Origin: Eledone cirrhosa
Taxonomy: Eukaryota
Direction: 5' to 3'
Length of the DNA: 64,000 bases
Assembly: GCA_964016885.1 (NCBI GenBank)
Contig: CAXHJY010001429.1
Coordinates: 39,301 to 103,300, forward strand
The translations under genes and the position numbers were made by a program. Each line of letters starts with the position of its first letter. Within the stretch, counting starts at the first letter, position 1. The notes beneath the pieces were generated by a model. The model saw nothing but the letters and a program-made list of their open reading frames with translations, ran no database searches and had not been told where the DNA came from. Shown here piece after piece: positions 26,921 through 41,700 of this stretch.

Positions 26921-29900
26921 AATTTACGGAGATATCTTGCTGAAATTCACGCCACACATAGCCAATGAGTGTCTGCACATGTACCAGTAATTACAGATCG
27001 ATCCGACCACGGGCGGCCGGCCCGCGATTGAAAAGGTAACTCCGCCGGCAAATCGTCATTTTTGGATTCGTTTTCTTCGAAGCACACCATTCGCCGGCGG
27101 ACTTTGTTGACGTTTAACACGGTTTGGTTCCACAGCCACAACTATTGATTTTACGGAGATATCTTGCTGAAATTCACGCCGCACATAGCCAATGAGTGTC
27201 TGCACATGTACCAGTAATTACAGATCGATCCGACCACGGGCGGCCGGCCCGCGATTGAAAAGGTAACTCCGCCGGCAAATCGTCATTTTTGGATTCGTTT
27301 TCTTCGAAGCACACCATTCGCCGGCGGACTTTGTTGACGTTTAACACGGTTTGGTTCCACAGCCACAACTATTGATTTTACGGAGATATCTTGCTGAAAT
27401 TCACGCCGCACATAGCCAATGAGTGTCTGCACATGTACCAGTAATTACAGATCTATCCGACCACGGGCGGCCGGCCCGCGATTGAAAAGGTAACTCCGCC
27501 GGCAAATCGTCATTTTTGGATTCGTTTTCTTCGAAGCACACCATTCGCCGGCGGACTTTGTTGACGTTTAACACGGTTTGGTTCCACAGCCACAACTATT
27601 GAATTTACGGAGATATCTTGCTGAAATTCACGCCACACATAGCCAATGAGTGTCTGCACATGTACCAGTAATTACAGATCGATCCGACCACGGGCGGCCG
27701 GCCCGCGATTGAAAAGGTAACTCCGCCGGCAAATCGTCATTTTTGGATTCGTTTTCTTCGAAGCACACCATTCGCCGGCGGACTTTGTTGACGTTTAACA
27801 CGGTTTGGTTCCACAGCCACAACTATTGATTTTACGGAGATATCTTGCTGAAATTCACGCCGCACATAGCCAATGAGTGTCTGCACATGTACCAGTAATT
27901 ACAGATCGATCCGACCACGGGCGGCCGGCCCGCGATTGAAAAGGTAACTCCGCCGGCAAATCGTCATTTTTGGATTCGTTTTCTTCGAAGCACACCATTC
28001 GCCGGCGGACTTTGTTGACGTTTAACACGGTTTGGTTCCACAGCCACAACTATTGATTTTACGGAGATATCTTGCTGAAATTCACGCCGCACATAGCCAA
28101 TGAGTGTCTGCACATGTACCAGTAATTACAGATCGATCTGACCACGGGCGGCCGGCCCGCGATTGAAAAGGTAACTCCGCCGGCAAATCGTCATTTTTGG
28201 ATTCGTTTTCTTCGAAGCACACCATTCGCCGGCGGACTTTGTTGACGTTTAACACGGTTTGGTTCCACAGCCACAACTATTGATTTTACGGAGATATCTT
28301 GCTGAAATTCACGCCGCACATAGCCAATGAGTGTCTGCACATGTACCAGTAATTACAGATCTATCCGACCACGGGCGGCCGGCCCGCGATTGAAAAGGTA
28401 ACTCCGCCGGCAAATCGTCATTTTTGGATTCGTTTTCTTCGAAGCACACCATTCGCCGGCGGACTTTGTTGACGTTTAACACGGTTTGGTTCCACAGCCA
28501 CAACTATTGATTTTACGGAGATATCTTGCTGAAATTCACGCCACACATAGCCAATGAGTGTCTGCACATGTACCAGTAATTACAGATCGATCCGACCACG
28601 GGCGGCCGGCCCGCGATTGAAAAGGTAACTCCGCCGGCAAATCGTCATTTTTGGATTCGTTTTCTTCGAAGCACACCATTCGCCGGCGGACTTTGTTGAC
28701 GTTTAACACGGTTTGGTTCCACAGCCACAACTATTGATTTTACGGAGATATCTTGCTGAAATTCACGCCGCACATAGCCAATGAGTGTCTGCACATGTAC
28801 CAGTAATTACAGATCGATCTGACCACGGGCGGCCGGCCCGCGATTGAAAAGGTAACTCCGCCGGCAAATCGTCATTTTTGGATTCGTTTTCTTCGAAGCA
28901 CACCATTCGCCGGCGGACTTTGTTGACGTTTAACACGGTTTGGTTCCACAGCCACAACTATTGATTTTACGGAGATATCTTGCTGAAATTCACGCCGCAC
29001 ATAGCCAATGAGTGTCTGCACATGTACCAGTAATTACAGATCGATCCGACCACGGGCGGCCGGCCCGCGATTGAAAAGGTAACTCCGCCGGCAAATCGTC
29101 ATTTTTGGATTCGTTTTCTTCGAAGCACACCATTCGCCGGCGGACTTTGTTGACGTTTAACACGGTTTGGTTCCACAGCCACAACTATTGATTTTACGGA
29201 GATATCTTGCTGAAATTCACGCCGCACATAGCCAATGAGTGTCTGCACATGTACCAGTAATTACAGATCGATCCGACCACGGGCGGCCGGCCCGCGATTG
29301 AAAAGGTAACTCCGCCGGCAAATCGTCATTTTTGGATTCGTTTTCTTCGAAGCACACCATTCGCCGGCGGACTTTGTTGACGTTTAACACGGTTTGGTTC
29401 CACAGCCACAACTATTGAATTTACGGAGATATCTTGCTGAAATTCACGCCACACATAGCCAATGAGTGTCTGCACATGTACCAGTAATTACAGATCGATC
29501 CGACCACGGGCGGCCGGCCCGCGATTGAAAAGGTAACTCCGCCGGCAAATCGTCATTTTTGGATTCGTTTTCTTCGAAGCACACCATTCGCCGGCGGACT
29601 TTGTTGACGTTTAACACGGTTTGGTTCCACAGCCACAACTATTGATTTTACGGAGATATCTTGCTGAAATTCACGCCGCACATAGCCAATGAGTGTCTGC
29701 ACATGTACCAGTAATTACAGATCGATCTGACCACGGGCGGCCGGCCCGCGATTGAAAAGGTAACTCCGCCGGCAAATCGTCATTTTTGGATTCGTTTTCT
29801 TCGAAGCACACCATTCGCCGGCGGACTTTGTTGACGTTTAACACGGTTTGGTTCCACAGCCACAACTATTGATTTTACGGAGATATCTTGCTGAAATTCA

Positions 29901-32900
29901 CGCCGCACATAGCCAATGAGTGTCTGCACATGTACCAGTAATTACAGATCTATCCGACCACGGGCGGCCGGCCCGCGATTGAAAAGGTAACTCCGCCGGC
30001 AAATCGTCATTTTTGGATTCGTTTTCTTCGAAGCACACCATTCGCCGGCGGACTTTGTTGACGTTTAACACGGTTTGGTTCCACAGCCACAACTATTGAT
30101 TTTACGGAGATATCTTGCTGAAATTCACGCCACACATAGCCAATGAGTGTCTGCACATGTACCAGTAATTACAGATCGATCCGACCACGGGCGGCCGGCC
30201 CGCGATTGAAAAGGTAACTCCGCCGGCAAATCGTCATTTTTGGATTCGTTTTCTTCGAAGCACACCATTCGCCGGCGGACTTTGTTGACGTTTAACACGG
30301 TTTGGTTCCACAGCCACAACTATTGATTTTACGGAGATATCTTGCTGAAATTCACGCCGCACATAGCCAATGAGTGTCTGCACATGTACCAGTAATTACA
30401 GATCGATCCGACCACGGGCGGCCGGTCCGCGATTGAAAAGGTAACTCCGCCGGCAAATCGTCATTTTTGGATTCGTTTTCTTCGAAGCACACCATTCGCC
30501 GGCGGACTTTGTTGACGTTTAACACGGTTTGGTTCCACAGCCACAACTATTGAATTCACGGAGATATCTTGCTGAAATTCACGCCACACATAGCCAATGA
30601 GTGTCTGCACATGTACCAGTAATTACAGATCGATCCGACCACGGGCGGCCGGCCCGCGATTGAAAAGGTAACTCCGCCGGCAAATCGTCATTTTTGGATT
30701 CGTTTTCTTCGAAGCACACCATTCGCCGGCGGACTTTGTTGACGTTTAACACGGTTTGGTTCCACAGCCACAACTATTGATTTTACGGAGATATCTTGCT
30801 GAAATTCACGCCGCACATAGCCAATGAGTGTCTGCACATGTACCAGTAATTACAGATCGATCCGACCACGGGCGGCCGGCCCGCGATTGAAAAGGTAACT
30901 CCGCCGGCAAATCGTCATTTTTGGATTCGTTTTCTTCGAAGCACACCATTCGCCGGCGGACTTTGTTGACGTTTAACACGGTTTGGTTCCACAGCCACAA
31001 CTATTGATTTTACGGAGATATCTTGCTGAAATTCACGCCGCACATAGCCAATGAGTGTCTGCACATGTACCAGTAATTACAGATCGATCCGACCACGGGC
31101 GGCCGGCCCGCGATTGAAAAGGTAACTCCGCCGGCAAATCGTCATTTTTGGATTCGTTTTCTTCGAAGCACACCATTCGCCGGCGGACTTTGTTGACGTT
31201 TAACACGGTTTGGTTCCACAGCCACAACTATTGATTTTACGGAGATATCTTGCTGAAATTCACGCCACACATAGCCAATGAGTGTCTGCACATGTACCAG
31301 TAATTACAGATCGATCCGACCACGGGCGGCCGGCCCGCGATTGAAAAGGTAACTCCGCCGGCAAATCGTCATTTTTGGATTCGTTTTCTTCGAAGCACAC
31401 CATTCGCCGGCGGACTTTGTTGACGTTTAACACGGTTTGGTTCCACAGCCACAACTATTGATTTTACGGAGATATCTTGCTGAAATTCACGCCGCACATA
31501 GCCAATGAGTGTCTGCACATGTACCAGTAATTACAGATCGATCCGACCACGGGCGGCCGGTCCGCGATTGAAAAGGTAACTCCGCCGGCAAATCGTCATT
31601 TTTGGATTCGTTTTCTTCGAAGCACACCATTCGCCGGCGGACTTTGTTGACGTTTAACACGGTTTGGTTCCACAGCCACAACTATTGATTTTACGGAGAT
31701 ATCTTGCTGAAATTCACGCCGCACATAGCCAATGAGTGTCTGCACATGTACCAGTAATTACAGATCGATCCGACCACGGGCGGCCGGCCCGCGATTGAAA
31801 AGGTAACTCCGCCGGCAAATCGTCATTTTTGGATTCGTTTTCTTCGAAGCACACCATTCGCCGGCGGACTTTGTTGACGTTTAACACGGTTTGGTTCCAC
31901 AGCCACAACTATTGAATTCACGGAGATATCTTGCTGAAATTCACGCCACACATAGCCAATGAGTGTCTGCACATGTACCAGTAATTACAGATCGATCCGA
32001 CCACGGGCGGCCGGCCCGCGATTGAAAAGGTAACTCCGCCGGCAAATCGTCATTTTTGGATTCGTTTTCTTCGAAGCACACCATTCGCCGGCGGACTTTG
32101 TTGACGTTTAACACGGTTTGGTTCCACAGCCACAACTATTGATTTTACGGAGATATCTTGCTGAAATTCACGCCGCACATAGCCAATGAGTGTCTGCACA
32201 TGTACCAGTAATTACAGATCGATCTGACCACGGGCGGCCGGCCCGCGATTGAAAAGGTAACTCCGCCGGCAAATCGTCATTTTTGGATTCGTTTTCTTCG
32301 AAGCACACCATTCGCCGGCGGACTTTGTTGACGTTTAACACGGTTTGGTTCCACAGCCACAACTATTGATTTTACGGAGATATCTTGCTGAAATTCACGC
32401 CGCACATAGCCAATGAGTGTCTGCACATGTACCAGTAATTACAGATCTATCCGACCACGGGCGGCCGGCCCGCGATTGAAAAGGTAACTCCGCCGGCAAA
32501 TCGTCATTTTTGGATTCGTTTTCTTCGAAGCACACCATTCGCCGGCGGACTTTGTTGACGTTTAACACGGTTTGGTTCCACAGCCACAACTATTGATTTT
32601 ACGGAGATATCTTGCTGAAATTCACGCCACACATAGCCAATGAGTGTCTGCACATGTACCAGTAATTACAGATCGATCCGACCACGGGCGGCCGGCCCGC
32701 GATTGAAAAGGTAACTCCGCCGGCAAATCGTCATTTTTGGATTCGTTTTCTTCGAAGCACACCATTCGCCGGCGGACTTTGTTGACGTTTAACACGGTTT
32801 GGTTCCACAGCCACAACTATTGATTTTACGGAGATATCTTGCTGAAATTCACGCCACACATAGCCAATGAGTGTCTGCACATGTACCAGTAATTACAGAT

Positions 32901-33756
32901 CGATCCGACCACGGGCGGCCGGCCCGCGATTGAAAAGGTAACTCCGCCGGCAAATCGTCATTTTTGGATTCGTTTTCTTCGAAGCACACCATTCGCCGGC
33001 GGACTTTGTTGACGTTTAACACGGTTTGGTTCCACAGCCACAACTATTGATTTTACGGAGATATCTTGCTGAAATTCACGCCGCACATAGCCAATGAGTG
33101 TCTGCACATGTACCAGTAATTACAGATCGATCCGACCACGGGCGGCCGGTCCGCGATTGAAAAGGTAACTCTGCCGGCAAATCGTCATTTTTGGATTCGT
33201 TTTCTTCGAAGCACACCATTCGCCGGCGGACTTTGTTGACGTTTAACACGGTTTGGTTCCACAGCCACAACTATTGAATTCACGGAGATATCTTGCTGAA
33301 ATTCACGCCACACATAGCCAATGAGTGTCTGCACATGTACCAGTAATTACAGATCGATCCGACCACGGGCGGCCGGTCCGCGATTGAAAAGGTAACTCTG
33401 CCGGCAAATCGTCATTTTTGGATTCGTTTTCTTCGAAGCACACCATTCGCCGGCGGACTTTGTTGACGTTTAACACGGTTTGGTTCCACAGCCACAACTA
33501 TTGAATTCACGGAGATATCTTGCTGAAATTCACGCCACACATAGCCAATGAGTGTCTGCACATGTACCAGTAATTACAGATCGATCCGACCACGGGCGGC
33601 CGGCCCGCGATTGAAAAGGTAACTCCGCCGGCAAATCGTCATTTTTGGATTCGTTTTCTTCGAAGCACACCATTCGCCGGCGGACTTTGTTGACGTTTAA
33701 CACGGTTTGGTTCCACAGCCACAACTATTGATTTTACGGAGATATCTTGCTGAAAT

Positions 33757-36700
33757 TCACGCCGCACATAGCCAATGAGTGTCTGCACATGTACCAGTAA
33801 TTACAGATCGATCCGACCACGGGCGGCCGGCCCGCGATTGAAAAGGTAACTCCGCCGGCAAATCGTCATTTTTGGATTCGTTTTCTTCGAAGCACACCAT
33901 TCGACGGCGGACTTTGTTGACGTTTAACACGGTTTGGTTCCACAGCCACAACTATTGATTTTACGGAGATATCTTGCTGAAATTCACGCCACACATAGCC
34001 AATGAGTGTCTGCACATGTACCAGTAATTACAGATCGATCCGACCACGGGCGGCCGGCCCGCGATTAAAAAGGTAACTCCGCCGGCAAATCGTCATTTTT
34101 GGATTCGTTTTCTTCGAAGCACACCATTCGCCGGCGGACTTTGTTGACGTTTAACACGGTTTGGTTCCACAGCCACAACTATTGAATTTACGGAGATATC
34201 TTGCTGAAATTCACGCCACACATAGCCAATGAGTGTCTGCACATGTACCAGTAATTACAGATCGATCCGACCACGGGCGGCCGGCCCGCGATTGAAAAGG
34301 TAACTCCGCCGGCAAATCGTCATTTTTGGATTCGTTTTCTTCGAAGCACACCATTCGCCGGCGGACTTTGTTGACGTTTAACACGGTTTGGTTCCACAGC
34401 CACAACTATTGATTTTACGGAGATATCTTGCTGAAATTCACGCCGCACATAGCCAATGAGTGTCTGCACATGTACCAGTAATTACAGATCGATCTGACCA
34501 AGGGCGGCCGGCCCGCGATTGAAAAGGTAACTCCGCCGGCAAATCGTCATTTTTGGATTCGTTTTCTTCGAAGCACACCATTCGCCGGCGGACTTTGTTG
34601 ACGTTTAACACGGTTTGGTTCCACAGCCACAACTATTGATTTTACGGAGATATCTTGCTGAAATTCACGCCGCACATAGCCAATGAGTGTCTGCACATGT
34701 ACCAGTAATTACAGATCGATCCGACCACGGGCGGCCGGCCCGCGATTGAAAAGGTAACTCCGCCGGCAAATCGTCATTTTTGGATTCGTTTTCTTCGAAG
34801 CACACCATTCGCCGGCGGACTTTGTTGACGTTTAACACGGTTTGGTTCCACAGCCACAACTATTGATTTTACGGAGATATCTTGCTGAAATTCACGCCAC
34901 ACATAGCCAATGAGTGTCTGCACATGTACCAGTAATTACAGATCGATCCGACCACGGGCGGCCGGCCCGCGATTGAAAAGGTAACTCCGCCGGCAAATCG
35001 TCATTTTTGGATTCGTTTTCTTCGAAGCACACCATTCGCCGGCGGACTTTGTTGACGTTTAACACGGTTTGGTTCCACAGCCACAACTATTGATTTTACG
35101 GAGATATCTTGCTGAAATTCACGCCGCACATAGCCAATGAGTGTCTGCACATGTACCAGTAATTACAGATCGATCCGACCACGGGCGGCCGGTCCGCGAT
35201 TGAAAAGGTAACTCCGCCGGCAAATCGTCATTTTTGGATTCGTTTTCTTCGAAGCACACCATTCGCCGGCGGACTTTGTTGACGTTTAACACGGTTTGGT
35301 TCCACAGCCACAACTATTGAATTCACGGAGATATCTTGCTGAAATTCACGCCACACATAGCCAATGAGTGTCTGCACATGTACCAGTAATTACAGATCGA
35401 TCCGACCACGGGCGGCCGGCCCGCGATTGAAAAGGTAACTCCGCCGGCAAATCGTCATTTTTGGATTCGTTTTCTTCGAAGCACACCATTCGCCGGCGGA
35501 CTTTGTTGACGTTTAACACGGTTTGGTTCCACAGCCACAACTATTGATTTTACGGAGATATCTTGCTGAAATTCACGCCGCACATAGCCAATGAGTGTCT
35601 GCACATGTACCAGTAATTACAGATCGATCCGACCACGGGCGGCCGGCCCGCGATTGAAAAGGTAACTCCGCCGGCAAATCGTCATTTTTGGATTCGTTTT
35701 CTTCGAAGCACACCATTCGCCGGCGGACTTTGTTGACGTTTAACACGGTTTGGTTCCACAGCCACAACTATTGATTTTACGGAGATATCTTGCTGAAATT
35801 CACGCCGCACATAGCCAATGAGTGTCTGCACATGTACCAGTAATTACAGATCGATCCGACCACGGGCGGCCGGCCCGCGATTGAAAAGGTAACTCCGCCG
35901 GCAAATCGTCATTTTTGGATTCGTTTTCTTCGAAGCACACCATTCGCCGGCGGACTTTGTTGACGTTTAACACGGTTTGGTTCCACAGCCACAACTATTG
36001 ATTTTACGGAGATATCTTGCTGAAATTCACGCCACACATAGCCAATGAGTGTCTGCACATGTACCAGTAATTACAGATCGATCCGACCACGGGCGGCCGG
36101 CCCGCGATTAAAAAGGTAACTCCGCCGGCAAATCGTCATTTTTGGATTCGTTTTCTTCGAAGCACACCATTCGCCGGCGGACTTTGTTGACGTTTAACAC
36201 GGTTTGGTTCCACAGCCACAACTATTGATTTTACGGAGATATCTTGCTGAAATTCACGCCGCACATAGCCAATGAGTGTCTGCACATGTACCAGTAATTA
36301 CAGATCGATCCGACCACGGGCGGCCGGCCCGCGATTGAAAAGGTAACTCCGCCGGCAAATCGTCATTTTTGGATTCGTTTTCTTCGAAGCACACCATTCG
36401 ACGGCGGACTTTGTTGACGTTTAACACGGTTTGGTTCCACAGCCACAACTATTGATTTTACGGAGATATCTTGCTGAAATTCACGCCACACATAGCCAAT
36501 GAGTGTCTGCACATGTACCAGTAATTACAGATCGATCCGACCACGGGCGGCCGGCCCGCGATTAAAAAGGTAACTCCGCCGGCAAATCGTCATTTTTGGA
36601 TTCGTTTTCTTCGAAGCACACCATTCGCCGGCGGACTTTGTTGACGTTTAACACGGTTTGGTTCCACAGCCACAACTATTGAATTTACGGAGATATCTTG

Positions 36701-38750
36701 CTGAAATTCACGCCACACATAGCCAATGAGTGTCTGCACATGTACCAGTAATTACAGATCGATCCGACCACGGGCGGCCGGCCCGCGATTGAAAAGGTAA
36801 CTCCGCCGGCAAATCGTCATTTTTGGATTCGTTTTCTTCGAAGCACACCATTCGCCGGCGGACTTTGTTGACGTTTAACACGGTTTGGTTCCACAGCCAC
36901 AACTATTGATTTTACGGAGATATCTTGCTGAAATTCACGCCGCACATAGCCAATGAGTGTCTGCACGTGTACCAGTAATTACAGATCGATCTGACCACGG
37001 GCGGCCGGCCCGCGATTGAAAAGGTAACTCCGCCGGCAAATCGTCATTTTTGGATTCGTTTTCTTCGAAGCACACCATTCGCCGGCGGACTTTGTTGACG
37101 TTTAACACGGTTTGGTTCCACAGCCACAACTATTGATTTTACGGAGATATCTTGCTGAAATTCACGCCGCACATAGCCAATGAGTGTCTGCACATGTACC
37201 AGTAATTACAGATCGATCCGACCACGGGCGGCCGGCCCGCGATTGAAAAGGTAACTCCGCCGGCAAATCGTCATTTTTGGATTCGTTTTCTTCGAAGCAC
37301 ACCATTCGCCGGCGGACTTTGTTGACGTTTAACACGGTTTGGTTCCACAGCCACAACTATTGATTTTACGGAGATATCTTGCTGAAATTCACGCCACACA
37401 TAGCCAATGAGTGTCTGCACATGTACCAGTAATTACAGATCGATCCGACCACGGGCGGCCGGCCCGCGATTGAAAAGGTAACTCCGCCGGCAAATCGTCA
37501 TTTTTGGATTCGTTTTCTTCGAAGCACACCATTCGCCGGCGGACTTTGTTGACGTTTAACACGGTTTGGTTCCACAGCCACAACTATTGATTTTACGGAG
37601 ATATCTTGCTGAAATTCACGCCGCACATAGCCAATGAGTGTCTGCACATGTACCAGTAATTACAGATCGATCCGACCACGGGCGGCCGGTCCGCGATTGA
37701 AAAGGTAACTCCGCCGGCAAATCGTCATTTTTGGATTCGTTTTCTTCGAAGCACACCATTCGCCGGCGGACTTTGTTGACGTTTAACACGGTTTGGTTCC
37801 ACAGCCACAACTATTGAATTCACGGAGATATCTTGCTGAAATTCACGCCACACATAGCCAATGAGTGTCTGCACATGTACCAGTAATTACAGATCGATCC
37901 GACTACGGGCGGCCGGCCCGCGATTGAAAAGGTAACTCCGCCGGCAAATCGTCATTTTTGGATTCGTTTTCTTCGAAGCACACCATTCGCCGGCGGACTT
38001 TGTTGACGTTTAACACGGTTTGGTTCCACAGCCACAACTATTGATTTTACGGAGATATCTTGCTGAAATTCACGCCGCACATAGCCAATGAGTGTCTGCA
38101 CATGTACCAGTAATTACAGATCGATCCGACCACGGGCGGCCGGCCCGCGATTGAAAAGGTAACTCCGCCGGCAAATCGTCATTTTTGGATTCGTTTTCTT
38201 CGAAGCACACCATTCGCCGGCGGACTTTGTTGACGTTTAACACGGTTTGGTTCCACAGCCACAACTATTGATTTTACGGAGATATCTTGCTGAAATTCAC
38301 GCCGCACATAGCCAATGAGTGTCTGCACATGTACCAGTAATTACAGATCGATCCGACCACGGGCGGCCGGCCCGCGATTGAAAAGGTAACTCCGCCGGCA
38401 AATCGTCATTTTTGGATTCGTTTTCTTCGAAGCACACCATTCGCCGGCGGACTTTGTTGACGTTTAACACGGTTTGGTTCCACAGCCACAACTATTGATT
38501 TTACGGAGATATCTTGCTGAAATTCACGCCACACATAGCCAATGAGTGTCTGCACATGTACCAGTAATTACAGATCGATCCGACCACGGGCGGCCGGCCC
38601 GCGATTAAAAAGGTAACTCCGCCGGCAAATCGTCATTTTTGGATTCGTTTTCTTCGAAGCACACCATTCGCCGGCGGACTTTGTTGACGTTTAACACGGT
38701 TTGGTTCCACAGCCACAACTATTGAATTTACGGAGATATCTTGCTGAAAT
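33757..38750. repeat. Tandem duplication of an 11-monomer block (2497 bp)
   Basis: SNP ttcgAcgg at 33904/36401. The attAaaa units (33984/36481, 36027/38524) and ggTccg units (35119/37616) share the same offset. Confidence 0.85.
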
Positions 38751-41700
38751 TCACGCCACACATAGCCAATGAGTGTCTGCACATGTACCAGTAATTACAG
38801 ATCGATCCGACCACGGGCGGCCGGCCCGCGATTGAAAAGGTAACTCCGCCGGCAAATCGTCATTTTTGGATTCGTTTTCTTCGAAGCACACCATTCGCCG
38901 GCGGACTTTGTTGACGTTTAACACGGTTTGGTTCCACAGCCACAACTATTGATTTTACGGAGATATCTTGCTGAAATTCACGCCGCACATAGCCAATGAG
39001 TGTCTGCACATGTACCAGTAATTACAGATCGATCTGACCACGGGCGGCCGGCCCGCGATTGAAAAGGTAACTCCGCCGGCAAATCGTCATTTTTGGATTC
39101 GTTTTCTTCGAAGCACACCATTCGCCGGCGGACTTTGTTGACGTTTAACACGGTTTGGTTCCACAGCCACAACTATTGATTTTACGGAGATATCTTGCTG
39201 AAATTCACGCCGCACATAGCCAATGAGTGTCTGCACATGTACCAGTAATTACAGATCGATCCGACCACGGGCGGCCGGCCCGCGATTGAAAAGGTAACTC
39301 CGCCGGCAAATCGTCATTTTTGGATTCGTTTTCTTCGAAGCACACCATTCGCCGGCGGACTTTGTTGACGTTTAACACGGTTTGGTTCCACAGCCACAAC
39401 TATTGATTTTACGGAGATATCTTGCTGAAATTCACGCCGCACATAGCCAATGAGTGTCTGCACATGTACCAGTAATTACAGATCGATCTGACCACGGGCG
39501 GCCGGCCCGCGATTGAAAAGGTAACTCCGCCGGCAAATCGTCATTTTTGGATTCGTTTTCTTCGAAGCACACCATTCGCCGGCGGACTTTGTTGACGTTT
39601 AACACGGTTTGGTTCCACAGCCACAACTATTGATTTTACGGAGATATCTTGCTGAAATTCACGCCGCACATAGCCAATGAGTGTCTGCACATGTACCAGT
39701 AATTACAGATCTATCCGACCACGGGCGGCCGGCCCGCGATTGAAAAGGTAACTCCGCCGGCAAATCGTCATTTTTGGATTCGTTTTCTTCGAAGCACACC
39801 ATTCGCCGGCGGACTTTGTTGACGTTTAACACGGTTTGGTTCCACAGCCACAACTATTGATTTTACGGAGATATCTTGCTGAAATTCACGCCACACATAG
39901 CCAATGAGTGTCTGCACATGTACCAGTAATTACAGATCGATCCGACCACGGGCGGCCGGCCCGCGATTGAAAAGGTAACTCCGCCGGCAAATCGTCATTT
40001 TTGGATTCGTTTTCTTCGAAGCACACCATTCGCCGGCGGACTTTGTTGACGTTTAACACGGTTTGGTTCCACAGCCACAACTATTGATTTTACGGAGATA
40101 TCTTGCTGAAATTCACGCCACACATAGCCAATGAGTGTCTGCACATGTACCAGTAATTACAGATCGATCCGACCACGGGCGGCCGGCCCGCGATTGAAAA
40201 GGTAACTCCGCCGGCAAATCGTCATTTTTGGATTCGTTTTCTTCGAAGCACACCATTCGCCGGCGGACTTTGTTGACGTTTAACACGGTTTGGTTCCACA
40301 GCCACAACTATTGATTTTACGGAGATATCTTGCTGAAATTCACGCCGCACATAGCCAATGAGTGTCTGCACATGTACCAGTAATTACAGATCGATCCGAC
40401 CACGGGCGGCCGGTCCGCGATTGAAAAGGTAACTCCGCCGGCAAATCGTCATTTTTGGATTCGTTTTCTTCGAAGCACACCATTCGCCGGCGGGCTTTGT
40501 TGACGTTTAACACGGTTTGGTTCCACAGCCACAACTATTGATTTTACGGAGATATCTTGCTGAAATTCACGCCGCACATAGCCAATGAGTGTCTGCACAT
40601 GTACCAGTAATTACAGATCGATCCGACCACGGGCGGCCGGCCCGCGATTGAAAAGGTAACTCCGCCGGCAAATCGTCATTTTTGGATTCGTTTTCTTCGA
40701 AGCACACCATTCGCCGGCGGACTTTGTTGATCTTTTAACACGGTTTGGTTCCACAGCCACAACTATTGATTTTACGGAGATATCTTGCTGAAATTCACGC
40801 CGCACATAGCCAATGAGTGTCTGCACATGTACCAGTAATTACAGATCGATCCGACCACGGGCGGCCGGCCCGCGATTGAAAAGGTAACTCCGCCGGCAAA
40901 TCGTCATTTTTGGATTCGTTTTCTTCGAAGCACACCATTCGCCGGCGGACTTTGTTGACGTTTAACACGGTTTGGTTCCACAGCCACAACTATTGATTTT
41001 ACGGAGATATCTTGCTGAAATTCACGCCGCACATAGCCAATGAGTGTCTGCACATGTACCAGTAATTACAGATCGATCCGACCACGGGCGGCCGGCCCGC
41101 GATTGAAAAGGTAACTCCGCCGGCAAATCGTCATTTTTGGATTCGTTTTCTTCGAAGCACACCATTCGCCGGCGGACATTGTTGACGTTTAACACGGTTT
41201 GGTTCCACAGCCACAACTATTGATTTTACGGAGATATCTTGCTGAAATTCACGCCACACATAGCCAATGCGTGTCTGCACATGTACCAGTAATTACAGAT
41301 CGATCCGACCACGGGCGGCCGGCCCGCGATTGAAAAGGTAACTCCGCCGGCAAATCGTCATTTTTGGATTCGTTTTCTTCGAAGCACACCATTCGCCGGC
41401 GGACTTTGTTGACGTTTAACACGGTTTGGTTCCACAGCCACAACTATTGATTTTACGGAGATATCTTGCTGAAATTCACGCCGCACATAGCCAATGAGTG
41501 TCTGCACATGTACCAGTAATTACAGATCGATCCGACCACGGGCGGCCGGTCCGCGATTGAAAAGGTAACTCCGCCGGCAAATCGTCATTTTTGGATTCGT
41601 TTTCTTCGAAGCACACCATTCGCCGGCGGACTTTGTTGACGTTTAACACGGTTTGGTTCCACAGCCACAACTATTGAATTCACGGAGATATCTTGCTGAA

